Position numbers and translations under genes: made by a program. Below the pieces are notes generated by a model. The model searched no databases and was not told where the DNA came from. It saw nothing but the letters and a program-made list of their open reading frames with translations. This document shows positions 19,688 through 30,577 of a stretch of DNA of 64,000 nt, in pieces; the first letter of the stretch is position 1; every line of letters starts with the position of its first letter. Source of the stretch: an uncultured Candidatus Saccharibacteria bacterium (GTDB taxonomy: Bacteria > Patescibacteriota > Saccharimonadia > Saccharimonadales > JACDBH01); contig OZ246417.1 in assembly GCA_965231105.1 (NCBI GenBank), positions 832,908 through 896,907 of the forward strand. The letters are read 5' to 3'.

Positions 19688-20200
19688 ATGGAGCGAACGC
19701 TCATTATTCTAAAACCAGATGCCGTTAAGCGAGGTATTGTTGGCGAAATCATGACACGTTTTGAGCGAGTAGGCTTAAAGATCGTTGGCGCTAAGATGTT
19801 GCAGCCGACCCAAGAGCAGTATTATCGTCACTACGAAGACATTGGCAAAATGGTTACCCGTAGAGGTAAGGAAATATTCGAAGTTACTTTAGAGATGATG
19901 CAGGAAGGTCCGGTTATTGCAGTCGTCTTAGAGGGTGTCGAGGCGGTGACACTCGTGCGTAAAATGGTCGGCACAACAGAGCCCAAGAGTGCGCAGCCCG
20001 GTACAATTCGTGGGGACTACGCGCATATTAGCTTTACCCATGCGAACAGCGAGAATATTGCGACCCCTAACATCATTCATGCGTCTGGCGATGAAGCAGA
20101 AGCTAAAGATGAAATTGCACACTGGTTCTCAGAAAGCGAGCTTTTTGATTACGAGACTGTCTACGAGTTCTACACCCAGGCCAAAAAGCGTAAAAAATAA
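19688..20200 (+). CDS. ndk: Nucleoside diphosphate kinase
   Basis: ERTLIILKPDAV...GTIRGDY...NIIHASG motifs. Confidence 0.9.
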   Translation: MERTLIILKPDAVKRGIVGEIMTRFERVGLKIVGAKMLQPTQEQYYRHYEDIGKMVTRRGKEIFEVTLEMMQEGPVIAVVLEGVEAVTLVRKMVGTTEPKSAQPGTIRGDYAHISFTHANSENIATPNIIHASGDEAEAKDEIAHWFSESELFDYETVYEFYTQAKKRKK

Positions 20201-20712
20201 TGCTCGCACGCAAAATATCGCTAGACGAAGCTAAGCCAGATAAGCTGTTCTATTTTGTAGCTAATGTGGTGGTCGTGCGCACTTCTGATATGCGTTGTCT
20301 AATCCTTAAAAGGCATGAACGAGAAAAGGTGCACCCAGGACTCTATGCCATGCCTGGTGGCAAATTAGAATGGAAGGATCTGGATATTAAACATCCAACA
20401 CGCATCAATGGCGATGTACTGGATTATGAGAATGCAATCGAAGCCTTGTTGCAGCGCGAAGTGCGTGAAGAGGCAGGAATAGAGATAAAACCACGCCTTC
20501 ACTACATTAACAGTGTGGCCTTTATCCGTCCGGACGGTATTCCCGTAGTGCTTGCTAAGTTTGCAGCTGAATATGAATCAGGTGAGGTTACTTTGGAGGA
20601 GGGTGCTTTTACCGACCATGTATGGGTAAACGCAGAAGAAATAAAAAACTACAGTTTTATTAAAGGAATTGATGAAGAAATAGTAGCTGCAATTGAGCTG
20701 CTGGCTAAATAA
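20200..20712 (+). CDS. NUDIX hydrolase
   Basis: Nudix box GGKLEW...REVREEAGIE. Confidence 0.75.
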   Translation: MLARKISLDEAKPDKLFYFVANVVVVRTSDMRCLILKRHEREKVHPGLYAMPGGKLEWKDLDIKHPTRINGDVLDYENAIEALLQREVREEAGIEIKPRLHYINSVAFIRPDGIPVVLAKFAAEYESGEVTLEEGAFTDHVWVNAEEIKNYSFIKGIDEEIVAAIELLAK

Positions 20713-20744
20713 CAGAGAAGCAGGTACAATCTTTTCTAGGTTAT

Positions 20745-20819
20745 GCCCCTGTAGTTCAATGGATAAAACAATTCCGTCCTAAGGAAAAGCTCTAGGTTCG
20801 AATCCTGGCGGGGGCACCA
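20745..20819 (+). tRNA. tRNA-Arg (anticodon CCT)
   Basis: Hand-folded cloverleaf. Acceptor GCCCCTG/CGGGGGC, anticodon loop GTCCTAA, GGTTCGAATCC T-arm, encoded CCA. Confidence 0.85.
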
Positions 20820-20826
20820 CTACTTT

Positions 20827-21465
20827 ATGAAAACCTACAAATATATTTTGCTTGATTGGGACGGTAACCTTGCGAGAACGCTGGATGTATGGCTAGAAGC
20901 TTGCCGGGCAGTTCTGGAAAAACGAAACATACACAAATCAGACGAAGAGATAGCAGCGAGCTTTGGCCAATGGCGTGCGCATCTCGAAAAGTGGGGGGTT
21001 AGCGATTTAGATGCGGCAGACGATGAAGCAGACCTTCTGGCGCAAGAAAAACTTTCAGGCGTTCAGCTTTATCCCGATGCATTATCCATTTTGACTGAGT
21101 TAAAGCAGAGAAACAAAAAGCTAGCTCTTATAACCACTTCTATAAGGGCAAATGTCCATCCGTTGCTCGTTACCCACAACATGCATCAGCTCTTTGATGT
21201 GGCTGTCTATGGAGATGATGTGACCCAGCACAAACCTCATCCCGAGCCGCTATTAAAAGCAATAGAAAAGCTGGGCGGTAGTCCTGAGCAGGCCATAATG
21301 ATCGGTGACTCAGATAAGGATTTAGGTGCCGCAAAGAATGCAAATGTAGATTCGATTCTTTTCTATCCAAGAGAGCATCGGAAATTTTATAAGCTTGAAA
21401 ATTTGCAGGAGCATCTACCTACTTACATTGTTGACGATTTTCGTAAAGTACTTGAAATTGTCTAG
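20827..21465 (+). CDS. HAD-superfamily phosphatase (phosphoglycolate phosphatase-like)
   Basis: LLDWDGNL motif I, ITTS motif II, GDSDKD motif IV. Confidence 0.7.
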   Translation: MKTYKYILLDWDGNLARTLDVWLEACRAVLEKRNIHKSDEEIAASFGQWRAHLEKWGVSDLDAADDEADLLAQEKLSGVQLYPDALSILTELKQRNKKLALITTSIRANVHPLLVTHNMHQLFDVAVYGDDVTQHKPHPEPLLKAIEKLGGSPEQAIMIGDSDKDLGAAKNANVDSILFYPREHRKFYKLENLQEHLPTYIVDDFRKVLEIV

Positions 21466-21513
21466 GCTATATTAGGGGTGGACCGAAGAGAGTAAAAGCC
21501 GTATGCTTATGGT

Positions 21514-22080
21514 ATGTCTGAAAAGCAGGCCGAAGCGCCGCAAACAGAAAAACTCTTCAAAGAACAATTTGACGACGAAGAAGTTCTATTAGTATTTCGC
21601 AAACATCCAATTGTTATGCGCAAAGGTCTGGTCCTCTCGAGTATAGCTATCTTATTTGGCACCGTTCCAGCACTGATTAAACCCGAGTATAGCTGGTTCT
21701 TTGGCGGCCTTGCTGCCGGTCTCTTGCTTTCTATTATTGTTTTTCTGCCTTTTTGGATTAGCTGGTTTTATAGTGTCTATATCGTGACAAATCAGCGCCT
21801 TATTCAAATTACCCAGAAAGGGATGTTTCATCGGAGTATGGTGGGCTTGGGTCTCAGTCAAATTCAGATGGTAAACTATGAGATCGCGGGCTTTCAGGAA
21901 ACATTACTCGGATATGGTACGATAGTGGTACAGACATATGTGGGTAGTCTGACAATTCACGAAGTTCATCATCCGGCTAAGATTCAAAAAGAACTTCTCA
22001 ATATTTTGAAAGAGTTAGGCATTGATGCCTCCTCGCTTCCAATAGATGAAGGCGGGTTAGGCGCTGAAGGGAATGAATGA
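21514..22080 (+). CDS. Membrane protein, bPH/YdbT-like topology
   Basis: 188 aa with two adjacent TM helices followed by a small soluble domain. ATGA overlap with the next gene. Confidence 0.5.
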   Translation: MSEKQAEAPQTEKLFKEQFDDEEVLLVFRKHPIVMRKGLVLSSIAILFGTVPALIKPEYSWFFGGLAAGLLLSIIVFLPFWISWFYSVYIVTNQRLIQITQKGMFHRSMVGLGLSQIQMVNYEIAGFQETLLGYGTIVVQTYVGSLTIHEVHHPAKIQKELLNILKELGIDASSLPIDEGGLGAEGNE

Positions 22081-23147
22081 AGAAGCATTTAAAGAAGCTT
22101 AAGCATCCAGTTAAGCATCTCAAAGAACGACGAGCCCGAAAGCAGGAGGTTACAACGACTGCAGTTGTGCCGCTTATTACTACCGAGACAATTGCTGAGC
22201 ACCGAGAAGAAGTGCTTGGGGGCGCTCGTAAGTATATTTACCCCTTACAGCACTCTAAACATCGTATCGTTCTTATCTCGAGTGCAATTTTTATTATCAC
22301 CGTCATTAGTCTCTTGGCGTATGGTTCAGTCGCTCTTTATAGACTGCAAAGTACCTCAACATTTGTCTATCGCATCTCTCAGGTCGTACCTTTCCCCATA
22401 GCACGGGCCCAGGGTCACTACGTGAGCTATGAGAGCTATTTATTTGAGCTTCGGCACTATATGCACTATTACGAAATTCAGCAGAAGCAGAGTTTTAAAA
22501 CCCAAGAGGGGCAAACTCAGCTTGCATCATATAAGCAGCGGGCACTTGATAGGGTAGTGAATGATGCGTATGTGAAGCAGCTCGCAAAACAGCATAATAT
22601 ATCTGTTACGAATCAAGAGGTGGATACGGAAATAGATATTGTACGGGAGCAAAACCGCCTCGGTAATAGTAACCAGGTATTTGAGGATGTGCTTAGGGAT
22701 TTCTGGGGCTGGTCTTTAAATGATTTCAAGCGTTCACTGAGGCAGCAGCTACTCACGCGTAAAGTGGTGAGCAAGCTCGATACTGACGCGCACAGCAGAG
22801 CACAAGCTGCGCTTGCAGAATTGCAGGCAGGGGCAAACTTTGCTGAGGTAGCGAAGAAATATTCCGACGATGCAGCCACGAAAGATATAGGGGGAGAGTA
22901 TCAGGGTCTTATTGATCGATCGAATCGTGATATAGCTGCAAAAACAACTTCAGCAATCTTTAGCACTAAAGCAGGAGAATATAGCAGCATTGTTGATACG
23001 GGCTACTCGCTAGAGATCGTCAAAGTAAATGCGTTTGAGGGTGATAAAGCACGTGCGGCTCACATCCAGTTCACCTTTAAGGATATATCAGAGTATATTA
23101 ACCCACTCAAAGAGCAACATAAGGCACGTATTTATATTAAGCTTTAA
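22077..23147 (+). CDS. Membrane-anchored parvulin-type peptidyl-prolyl isomerase (PrsA/SurA-like)
   Basis: TM anchor plus a C-terminal PpiC-like segment AELQAGANFAEVAKKYSDD...GGEYQG. Confidence 0.65.
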   Translation: MKKHLKKLKHPVKHLKERRARKQEVTTTAVVPLITTETIAEHREEVLGGARKYIYPLQHSKHRIVLISSAIFIITVISLLAYGSVALYRLQSTSTFVYRISQVVPFPIARAQGHYVSYESYLFELRHYMHYYEIQQKQSFKTQEGQTQLASYKQRALDRVVNDAYVKQLAKQHNISVTNQEVDTEIDIVREQNRLGNSNQVFEDVLRDFWGWSLNDFKRSLRQQLLTRKVVSKLDTDAHSRAQAALAELQAGANFAEVAKKYSDDAATKDIGGEYQGLIDRSNRDIAAKTTSAIFSTKAGEYSSIVDTGYSLEIVKVNAFEGDKARAAHIQFTFKDISEYINPLKEQHKARIYIKL

Positions 23148-23156
23148 TTTTTCATA

Positions 23157-24155
23157 ATGAAGCTTCCTACTCCCTTACGCTTTTTAGCTTTTAAGCCCCA
23201 ATACCTCCCGACTCGTCTGCTACTTATAGGTATAATGACCCTCTTCTTCATCGGGGTAGGTGTGCATATTGCCAATAAAGGCGAAGCAACTAAGCGAGCA
23301 TTAACGGCAATTGAAGGTCCTGGAGCCAATGGCGAGCCTGCAGATGATCCTGCAGCAAATAGTGAGACAAAGGAAGAAAACCCACCTCCTGCATGTCCAG
23401 AAGGACAGACGGGCACACCGCCCAACTGCATAACACCACAGCCTGTTGCGGCTACACCTAAACCAGCTACTGCTCCCGTTGTAAGCTCCGGGAGGTTTAA
23501 TACTCTTGGAGTAGGAGCTGCCTTACCCTCCGAGGCTTCATGCGCATCCCAGGTTAAATCTGCACCTGAAATACGGTCGGCTAATGTGGGCTTCAACACT
23601 GCGAAAGGTAACGGGGTTAACAGCACATATCCACGTGTTACGGGTAACTTTACTGGGACAACTGATGAAATTATTCAGTGGGCAGCATGCAAGTGGGGTA
23701 TTGATGAGGATATGGCGCGTGCTCAAGTCGCTAAGGAATCATGGTGGTTTCAACGTACAACCGGTGACTTCACTGCCGATGCAAACGCCTGTGCGCCTGG
23801 CCATCCGATTGGTGCAGACGGGCAGGCCGGTAAATGTCCAGAATCCATAGGACTGATGCAGGTACGATACCAATACCACTCGACAGCATTTCTTAATAAC
23901 AATGCCGGCAATTCAAGTGCCTATAACATAGATTATGCCTACGCTCTTTGGAGAGACTGCTTTGAAGGGAATTTAACCTGGCTTAATACTGTTGAGAAGG
24001 GTGCAACCTATGGGGCTGGTGATGCGTGGGGTTGCTTTGGTGTGTGGTTCTCGGGACGCTGGATGACCCAACCTGCTATTGATTATATTAACGCAGTGAA
24101 AGATCTGTATAATCAGAAAGTATGGCAGCAAGATTACTTTAAGAGTGCAGTCTAA
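23157..24155 (+). CDS. Secreted lytic-transglycosylase-like protein with Pro-rich linker
   Basis: TM/signal anchor and a PPPACPEGQTGTPPNCITPQP linker. AKESWW...ESIGLMQVRYQYH resembles the SLT catalytic region. Confidence 0.5.
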   Translation: MKLPTPLRFLAFKPQYLPTRLLLIGIMTLFFIGVGVHIANKGEATKRALTAIEGPGANGEPADDPAANSETKEENPPPACPEGQTGTPPNCITPQPVAATPKPATAPVVSSGRFNTLGVGAALPSEASCASQVKSAPEIRSANVGFNTAKGNGVNSTYPRVTGNFTGTTDEIIQWAACKWGIDEDMARAQVAKESWWFQRTTGDFTADANACAPGHPIGADGQAGKCPESIGLMQVRYQYHSTAFLNNNAGNSSAYNIDYAYALWRDCFEGNLTWLNTVEKGATYGAGDAWGCFGVWFSGRWMTQPAIDYINAVKDLYNQKVWQQDYFKSAV

Positions 24156-24174
24156 AACAAATAGATAGGTCCAT

Positions 24175-24627
24175 ATGCAAAATGATCAAACAAATCAGCC
24201 TGTGCAAGCGGTATCGCCCAGTCCTGTTGTAGTACCACCCCCTTCAGTGACTCAAAACCCACAGACGCCTGTAGCTGAGCCTGTTATTCCGCAGACTACC
24301 CCCTCAAAACTTTCTCCACGAGCACTTGCGGATAAAATATTGGCAGATAGATTCCTAGAACTATGTTTTCGCCTAGGCTTTGGTATGGTGTTCTTAATTA
24401 ATGCGGTCACTGCTTTTGTTGATCCGGAAGGATTTAAGAAACTGATTGAAGCTAACTTCATGTCTCGTGCATTAGGGCATACGCAACTCATGCTCTATGT
24501 AATCGCCATTAATGACCTTCTTCTGGGACTGTTCATAATGGTGGGTTTTAAAAAGAAATACGTCTATGCCTGGGCAGGGGTGTGGCTGTTCATTGTGACA
24601 TTCATGAAATTCACGAGTCTTATATAG
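24175..24627 (+). CDS. Membrane protein with Pro-rich N-terminus (DoxX-like topology)
   Basis: 150 aa with three predicted TM helices after a Pro/Gln-rich head. Confidence 0.45.
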   Translation: MQNDQTNQPVQAVSPSPVVVPPPSVTQNPQTPVAEPVIPQTTPSKLSPRALADKILADRFLELCFRLGFGMVFLINAVTAFVDPEGFKKLIEANFMSRALGHTQLMLYVIAINDLLLGLFIMVGFKKKYVYAWAGVWLFIVTFMKFTSLI

Positions 24628-24710
24628 ATTTTGACGCTTGCCTGAATTATTACATACATGACTCTTCTTCGGGTCTATGCTCTCTATATTAGTAGTAAGG
24701 AGGAGAGCAT

Positions 24711-25364
24711 ATGGAGCGAGGACGGAATACAATGATGATTCTAGCTATTATTGCGCTCATCGTTGGCGGTATTATCGGATATGCACTAAAAGGAAATAAA
24801 GGCGAAACAAACGACAAGACAGCAGTTATTACGAGTTCGGCAGCCAATTTACGCACAAAGCTGAGCGGAGTACTCAGGGAGCATGCTGCGCTTACAGTTC
24901 CGGCTTTAGAGGCCCAAGCAATGGCTGAACCGGATGTAAACGAAGCTTCTGCGGCTGTTGATATGAATAGCGAGCTTATTGCCGATGCAGTAGAAGAGTT
25001 ATATAACGGCAAGCGGGCTGAATTTTTAGACATGTGGCGTCAGCACATTACCTATTACAAGGATTACATGACAGCGGCTCAAACAAACAATGAAGAAGGT
25101 AAACAGACTGCTAAAGATAACCTTACAGACTTTGCCGAAGAACTAAGCAATTTCTTTGCAGATGCAAACCCACGTTTTAACAGGGACACACTTAAGGCTT
25201 CAATCGCACAACACGGAGACCAGGTTATAGCGCTTATAGATGCGCTAGTGGCCAATAACTTCGAAGATGTTTACAGCCTCTCACATGAGGCCTACGAGCA
25301 CATGGGAGAGGTAGCCGATACGCTAAGTCGTGGTATTGTCGAGCAAATGCCGGATAAGTTTTAG
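24711..25364 (+). CDS. N-terminally anchored hypothetical protein
   Basis: 217 aa with one TM helix and a helical soluble domain. GGAGGAG lies upstream. Confidence 0.55.
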   Translation: MERGRNTMMILAIIALIVGGIIGYALKGNKGETNDKTAVITSSAANLRTKLSGVLREHAALTVPALEAQAMAEPDVNEASAAVDMNSELIADAVEELYNGKRAEFLDMWRQHITYYKDYMTAAQTNNEEGKQTAKDNLTDFAEELSNFFADANPRFNRDTLKASIAQHGDQVIALIDALVANNFEDVYSLSHEAYEHMGEVADTLSRGIVEQMPDKF

Positions 25365-25365
25365 T

Positions 25366-25770
25366 CTACAGCTTTTCTAGCGAAGTAATGGTGAGAATGC
25401 CACTATCTTGGTAGATGCTATCTGAACGCTCTTTAAATGTACCGGTTACTTTTACGCGGTCGCCTGTTCCAGCTTTTGAGATCAGGGAGTAGTCGGAAGT
25501 ACTATCAGTCACGGCATAATAGGTATTTTCACTCTTAATACCAAACGCACATTCAAGGGTTTGGGGGCCAGATGTATCTTTATGAGGTAGACATACAAAT
25601 TCGCCCTCAACGGTCAGAACGGTATTACCTTGAGAATTAGTTTGGGTTGGGGAAGATGGAGCACTTGCTTTATTATTAGCAATCGCGATCGTAAGCAGAA
25701 TTATCAAGATGGCGGCAAATATAAGTACGGAGATAATTTGGTGTGCTAAAACCCATGCTTTTACCTTCAT
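25366..25770 (-). CDS. N-terminally anchored hypothetical protein
   Basis: Start placed at MKVKAWVLAHQIISVLIFAAILIILLTIAIA; the track ORF extends to 25815. Confidence 0.5.
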   Translation of the reverse strand: MKVKAWVLAHQIISVLIFAAILIILLTIAIANNKASAPSSPTQTNSQGNTVLTVEGEFVCLPHKDTSGPQTLECAFGIKSENTYYAVTDSTSDYSLISKAGTGDRVKVTGTFKERSDSIYQDSGILTITSLEKL

Positions 25771-25864
25771 ACCCTTATTGTACACCAGCAGCACAAGCAG
25801 CAGGCAACTTGACAAAGCAGATAGTATTATGCTAAAATATCTACTGAAGTCAATAAAATAAACA

Positions 25865-26620
25865 ATGACAGAGCCAACCCCACAATCTCCAAATAATGAT
25901 CCGCTATGGCAGCAGTTTCATGCAGCTGAAGCTCAGTCTGATGTGGCGCTTGAAGTGCGCTATCAAGAAATCGAAGGCTTCAATGCGCACATCCTAAACC
26001 TAGTCGCCGGTATTCAGGACAGTGAATTTAAACTACAGGGAGTGCTGGGCGATAAGCCAGAAGACCCTGATAACCCGATGCCCGAGACCCTTGTCCTTAA
26101 ACAGACTCATGAGAACTTCTTGTTTTTACAGCCTGATAGAAGGGACGAACTTCATCAGCAAGGTGAGGATGCGTTTTTGGGCGATCCTTATGTAATTAGA
26201 GGCGATGTGTCACCTCGTACCCAGAAGCTGATTGAGGACATGTTTACCAGTACAGAAGCTACCTTAGATAAGGAACATAGCACCCCGACAATTGAGATTT
26301 GGCGCGGGAACGTTGCGGGAACACCCATACATTTCGAAAAACGAAATCAAATGTACAGGCTACATGGTCTTGAGGGTGTCGCTAAAGATATGCCATCGCT
26401 GAGTATAGGAGTGTATAGAGGTAAGCCTAAATCGAGCGAAGGCATAGCTCAAGCAGCGGTAGAAGGCGCAATACAATCAGATACTTCTTTTAGCGACGAA
26501 CAGCTCGACTCTCTTCAGACCACCGTTCAACATGCCGCGGACGAAGCTCTACAATCTACAAAACGCCGGTTAGATAAGCCGGGTTGGCTCGGCCGTATTT
26601 TTGGCAAAAAATCTCGCTAA
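25865..26620 (+). CDS. Hypothetical cytosolic protein
   Basis: 251 aa ORF with no motif recognised. Confidence 0.55.
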   Translation: MTEPTPQSPNNDPLWQQFHAAEAQSDVALEVRYQEIEGFNAHILNLVAGIQDSEFKLQGVLGDKPEDPDNPMPETLVLKQTHENFLFLQPDRRDELHQQGEDAFLGDPYVIRGDVSPRTQKLIEDMFTSTEATLDKEHSTPTIEIWRGNVAGTPIHFEKRNQMYRLHGLEGVAKDMPSLSIGVYRGKPKSSEGIAQAAVEGAIQSDTSFSDEQLDSLQTTVQHAADEALQSTKRRLDKPGWLGRIFGKKSR

Positions 26621-27240
26621 GCCTTGCTGCCGTGACTTCGAATTTCTTTGCTTACAACAGTACCATCATCGGCAATCTCATAGACAATAACGCCCGCAGT
26701 ACCAATCTCAACTTCATGTACTTTATCATCGGGAACGCTATCGAGCTCTTTCATGAGCGCACGAATAGTATTGCCATGCCCGGTTACGATTATATTCTTG
26801 CCGGCTTTTAAGTCTTCAAGAATATGCTGTTCGTAGTAGGGAATAGCGCGGGCATGTACGTCTTTTAGAGTTTCACCCTTTGGTACCGGATGGTCCCAGG
26901 TACGACGAAGTTTGGTAAACTCTTCTTCGCCAATCTCTTTTTGGACATCCCACTTATTTTTGGCGGTGTAGTCGCCATAATCCCGTTCGTTAAGTGCTTC
27001 ATGTTCAACGGTTTCGAGATCTGTATACTGCAGTGCATCACGGATTTCTTTTAGGGTTTGTTGGGCGCGTGTTAGTTTTGAGGTGTGCGCTTTATGGATG
27101 GTGATATCTCGAAGGAATTCTGCTGCTTCACGAGCTTCTTTTTTGCCCTGCTCAGTGAGTGATACATCTCTCATGCCCGTCCAAAGACCGAGTGCATTCC
27201 ATTCGGATTGGCCGTGACGAACAAATACAAGGTATGCCAT
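26617..27240 (-). CDS. gpmA: 2,3-bisphosphoglycerate-dependent phosphoglycerate mutase
   Basis: LVFVRHGQSEWN histidine-phosphatase motif and a C-terminal VTGHGNTIRAL. Confidence 0.85.
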   Translation of the reverse strand: MAYLVFVRHGQSEWNALGLWTGMRDVSLTEQGKKEAREAAEFLRDITIHKAHTSKLTRAQQTLKEIRDALQYTDLETVEHEALNERDYGDYTAKNKWDVQKEIGEEEFTKLRRTWDHPVPKGETLKDVHARAIPYYEQHILEDLKAGKNIIVTGHGNTIRALMKELDSVPDDKVHEVEIGTAGVIVYEIADDGTVVSKEIRSHGSKA

Positions 27241-27242
27241 AG

Positions 27243-28538
<1,296 letters not shown>

Positions 28539-28815
28539 CTATAGTTACGACTTATTGTACCGCGATTTTTACATATGTTAATAGGGATTTAAGAGGTGGG
28601 GTGGGGCTTGTTCTTTTGGCGGTAACTATGAAATCGTTTATACATGCGATACGCAAAGAGGGCCATTTGGAATCCAAGGGTAATGCGCGCAATGTATCGT
28701 CTAAATTTCTTCATATAACTAGCGTACGGCAGTTTGAAGCGAAGGTATGTCAAAAAATTTACAGATCCCAAGAAAGATATACGGTATATTTTTCTTGGTA
28801 AACGGAGGGAGAGAT

Positions 28816-28926
28816 ATGGCACAGATGTCTGTTGGTAAGCAAGGTGCAATGATGCACAATTCAGGAAATGTGAGTGACAATAAGAAAAAGGGAGCTGAAG
28901 CAGGTCGCAAGGCGAGTCGTCACTAG
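28816..28926 (+). CDS. Small (36 aa) Lys/Gly-rich protein, KGG/YciG-repeat-like
   Basis: Not in the track (below its size cutoff). ACGGAGGGAGAGAT precedes the ATG. MAQMSVGKQGAMMHNSGNVSDNKKKGAEAGRKASRH; the GAEAGRK segment resembles the stress-protein KGG repeat. Confidence 0.35.
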   Translation: MAQMSVGKQGAMMHNSGNVSDNKKKGAEAGRKASRH

Positions 28927-29079
28927 GTTTAAAAAGACTTGTTGACAACCCCATAAAGTAAGCGTAACGTGAAGGTTATGGTTATGTATACAAACAACCC
29001 GGTCATGGTGCGCCTCGCGATTGCGTCATACGGGGAGTGTTTGTCTTTGTAGCCAACAATTAAATAACAAGCAACAAGC

Positions 29080-29115
29080 AACTCCCCGGACAAAAAACCG
29101 GGGAGTTTTCTTTTT
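29080..29115 (+). terminator. Rho-independent terminator
   Basis: AACTCCCCGG / CCGGGGAGTT 10 bp stem, 8 nt loop, then TTCTTTTT. Confidence 0.55.
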
Positions 29116-29136
29116 GCAGAGAAAGGAGTATGCAAA

Positions 29137-29322
29137 ATGGCATACGTTCCAGGGGTCTTTGAATCAGACCCCCAATCAACAACGAAGCCTCCATTAAATG
29201 TGAGGGAGCTATTATATCGGGCGGTTCATCTTTTTCCGGTAGAGGCACCACGTCATATGACGGAGCATCCCAAACTACTCGAGCATGTGGTGGCTATGGA
29301 GCAAGTTGACCAGGCGGCCTAG
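29137..29322 (+). CDS. Hypothetical 61 aa protein
   Basis: AAAGGAG lies 8 nt upstream of the ATG. Overlaps the convergent ORF 29294..29614 by 29 nt, so one of the two may be spurious. Confidence 0.25.
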   Translation: MAYVPGVFESDPQSTTKPPLNVRELLYRAVHLFPVEAPRHMTEHPKLLEHVVAMEQVDQAA

Positions 29323-29614
29323 GTTCCAGAGAGCCTCTTATATCGTGGGCCTCGGCATCAATTGCCGTAGCTCTGCCTCTCACAAATACACCAAGTGCTA
29401 ATTTTCCTTCATCAAGGAACAGTGAACCGATGACATTCTCATAGCCAAATCGTTTGCCGTAGTCGTCTACATCTTCACCAAACTGGATGATTCCTGCCGC
29501 ATCGGTTTCCCATCGAGGGTAGGTAATCGCAAGACGAAAGCCCGTACGCGTGGCTATAGCATGTGCATTAAACGAGAATCCTTGGTCTCCGGAGTTTTCA
29601 GCTCTTTCTATCAT
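29294..29614 (-). CDS. Hypothetical 106 aa protein
   Basis: Globular-looking sequence. The start abuts a hairpin downstream of tRNA-Asp. Confidence 0.4.
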   Translation of the reverse strand: MIERAENSGDQGFSFNAHAIATRTGFRLAITYPRWETDAAGIIQFGEDVDDYGKRFGYENVIGSLFLDEGKLALGVFVRGRATAIDAEAHDIRGSLEPRPPGQLAP

Positions 29615-29647
29615 AAAAAAATACTACTCCTGGAGTAGTATTTTACA
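29615..29647. terminator. Bidirectional hairpin (A-run / stem / T-run)
   Basis: AAAAAAATACTACTCC-T-GGAGTAGTATTTT. Lies downstream of tRNA-Asp on the minus strand. Confidence 0.45.
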
Positions 29648-29661
29648 AAGCATAGGCTTTT

Positions 29662-29738
29662 TGGCGGGCTCGACCGGATTCGAACCGGCGATCTCCTCCG
29701 TGACAGGGAGGCATGTTAGGCCTCTACACCACGAGCCC
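29662..29738 (-). tRNA. tRNA-Asp (anticodon GTC)
   Basis: Reverse complement GGGCTCG...CCTCC-CTGTCAC-GGAGG...GGTTCGAATCC...CGAGCCC-G-CCA. Confidence 0.85.
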
Positions 29739-29888
29739 GCATGAGTCGAAGAGGAAAGTAATATACTTCAACGACCGCGATATCGTATCAAAACAGGGGT
29801 AAAAAAGCAACCCGGCTTCTTGCCATAAGCAATTTACGTTTTCATATAACGAGCGTATTATGCGCTCTAATAAGGGAGTATAGACAAA

Positions 29889-30461
29889 ATGGTTAGGGCA
29901 ACAAGTCTAGAGGAGCAGTGTGTAATTTCGGGTGAGCTTGGTTGGAATATCGGTCATGCTGAGTTGTCGAGGCAACATGCTGTGCAAGTTGTTGGGGACT
30001 CCCTCACTAGACTCGGAGTGGTTAATCTAGAAGCTATAGAGGGGTGGAATGAGTTCGAGGTACGATATCAAGATTATGAGTATGCTCCTCATCTCGATTA
30101 TTTTTTTAACGGAGCTTTTGATATAGCGGCCCGAGGGATTTTACATCGGGAAAGATTTCCCTCTGAAGCACGTCCAGAAATTGGCACTGCCCAAAATCTT
30201 AATAGTTTAATGAGAGGAGCAGAGTCTCACGGCCATGCTCACCGTTCGATGAAGGGGCAGATTCGGAGGATTCTTACGGATCAGCTTATCATTGCCGAAA
30301 ATCATGATTCGCAAGGCGCGGTTGAATATCTCGAAGGTGTTATGGGCTATGGTGACTTTAATAACGTCCTCACTTCTGCCAGGGAATTGGTGCGTCATGC
30401 GCGGCTTGCACAACGAAAAGGTTTTGGTATCCCGAGCGAAAATCGTAGGCGATCGCACTAA
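29889..30461 (+). CDS. Hypothetical protein, paralog A of a two-member family in this window
   Basis: 190 aa. Shares the pattern D.FF...F.IAA.G...R...P......GTAQ.L..L..GA with 32413..32994. Confidence 0.6.
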   Translation: MVRATSLEEQCVISGELGWNIGHAELSRQHAVQVVGDSLTRLGVVNLEAIEGWNEFEVRYQDYEYAPHLDYFFNGAFDIAARGILHRERFPSEARPEIGTAQNLNSLMRGAESHGHAHRSMKGQIRRILTDQLIIAENHDSQGAVEYLEGVMGYGDFNNVLTSARELVRHARLAQRKGFGIPSENRRRSH

Positions 30462-30577
30462 CAGATCTAAAACGACTGCTGCAGTAGTTTAAATTACACT
30501 GTATTAATATTGCTTTTTTAGCAAAAATATGCTAGATTATATAGAGTAGTTTAAAGATAAAAAAATCAAAAATAAAC

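Noticed and set aside
23144-23626. 160 aa minus-strand ORF
   Set aside because: It is antisense to the Pro-rich linker region of the SLT-like gene, so it is a low-complexity artefact.
28589-28954. 121 aa minus-strand ORF and its internal 41 aa version
   Set aside because: It has no RBS and an unusual composition, and it overlaps the better-supported plus-strand small ORF with a strong SD sequence.
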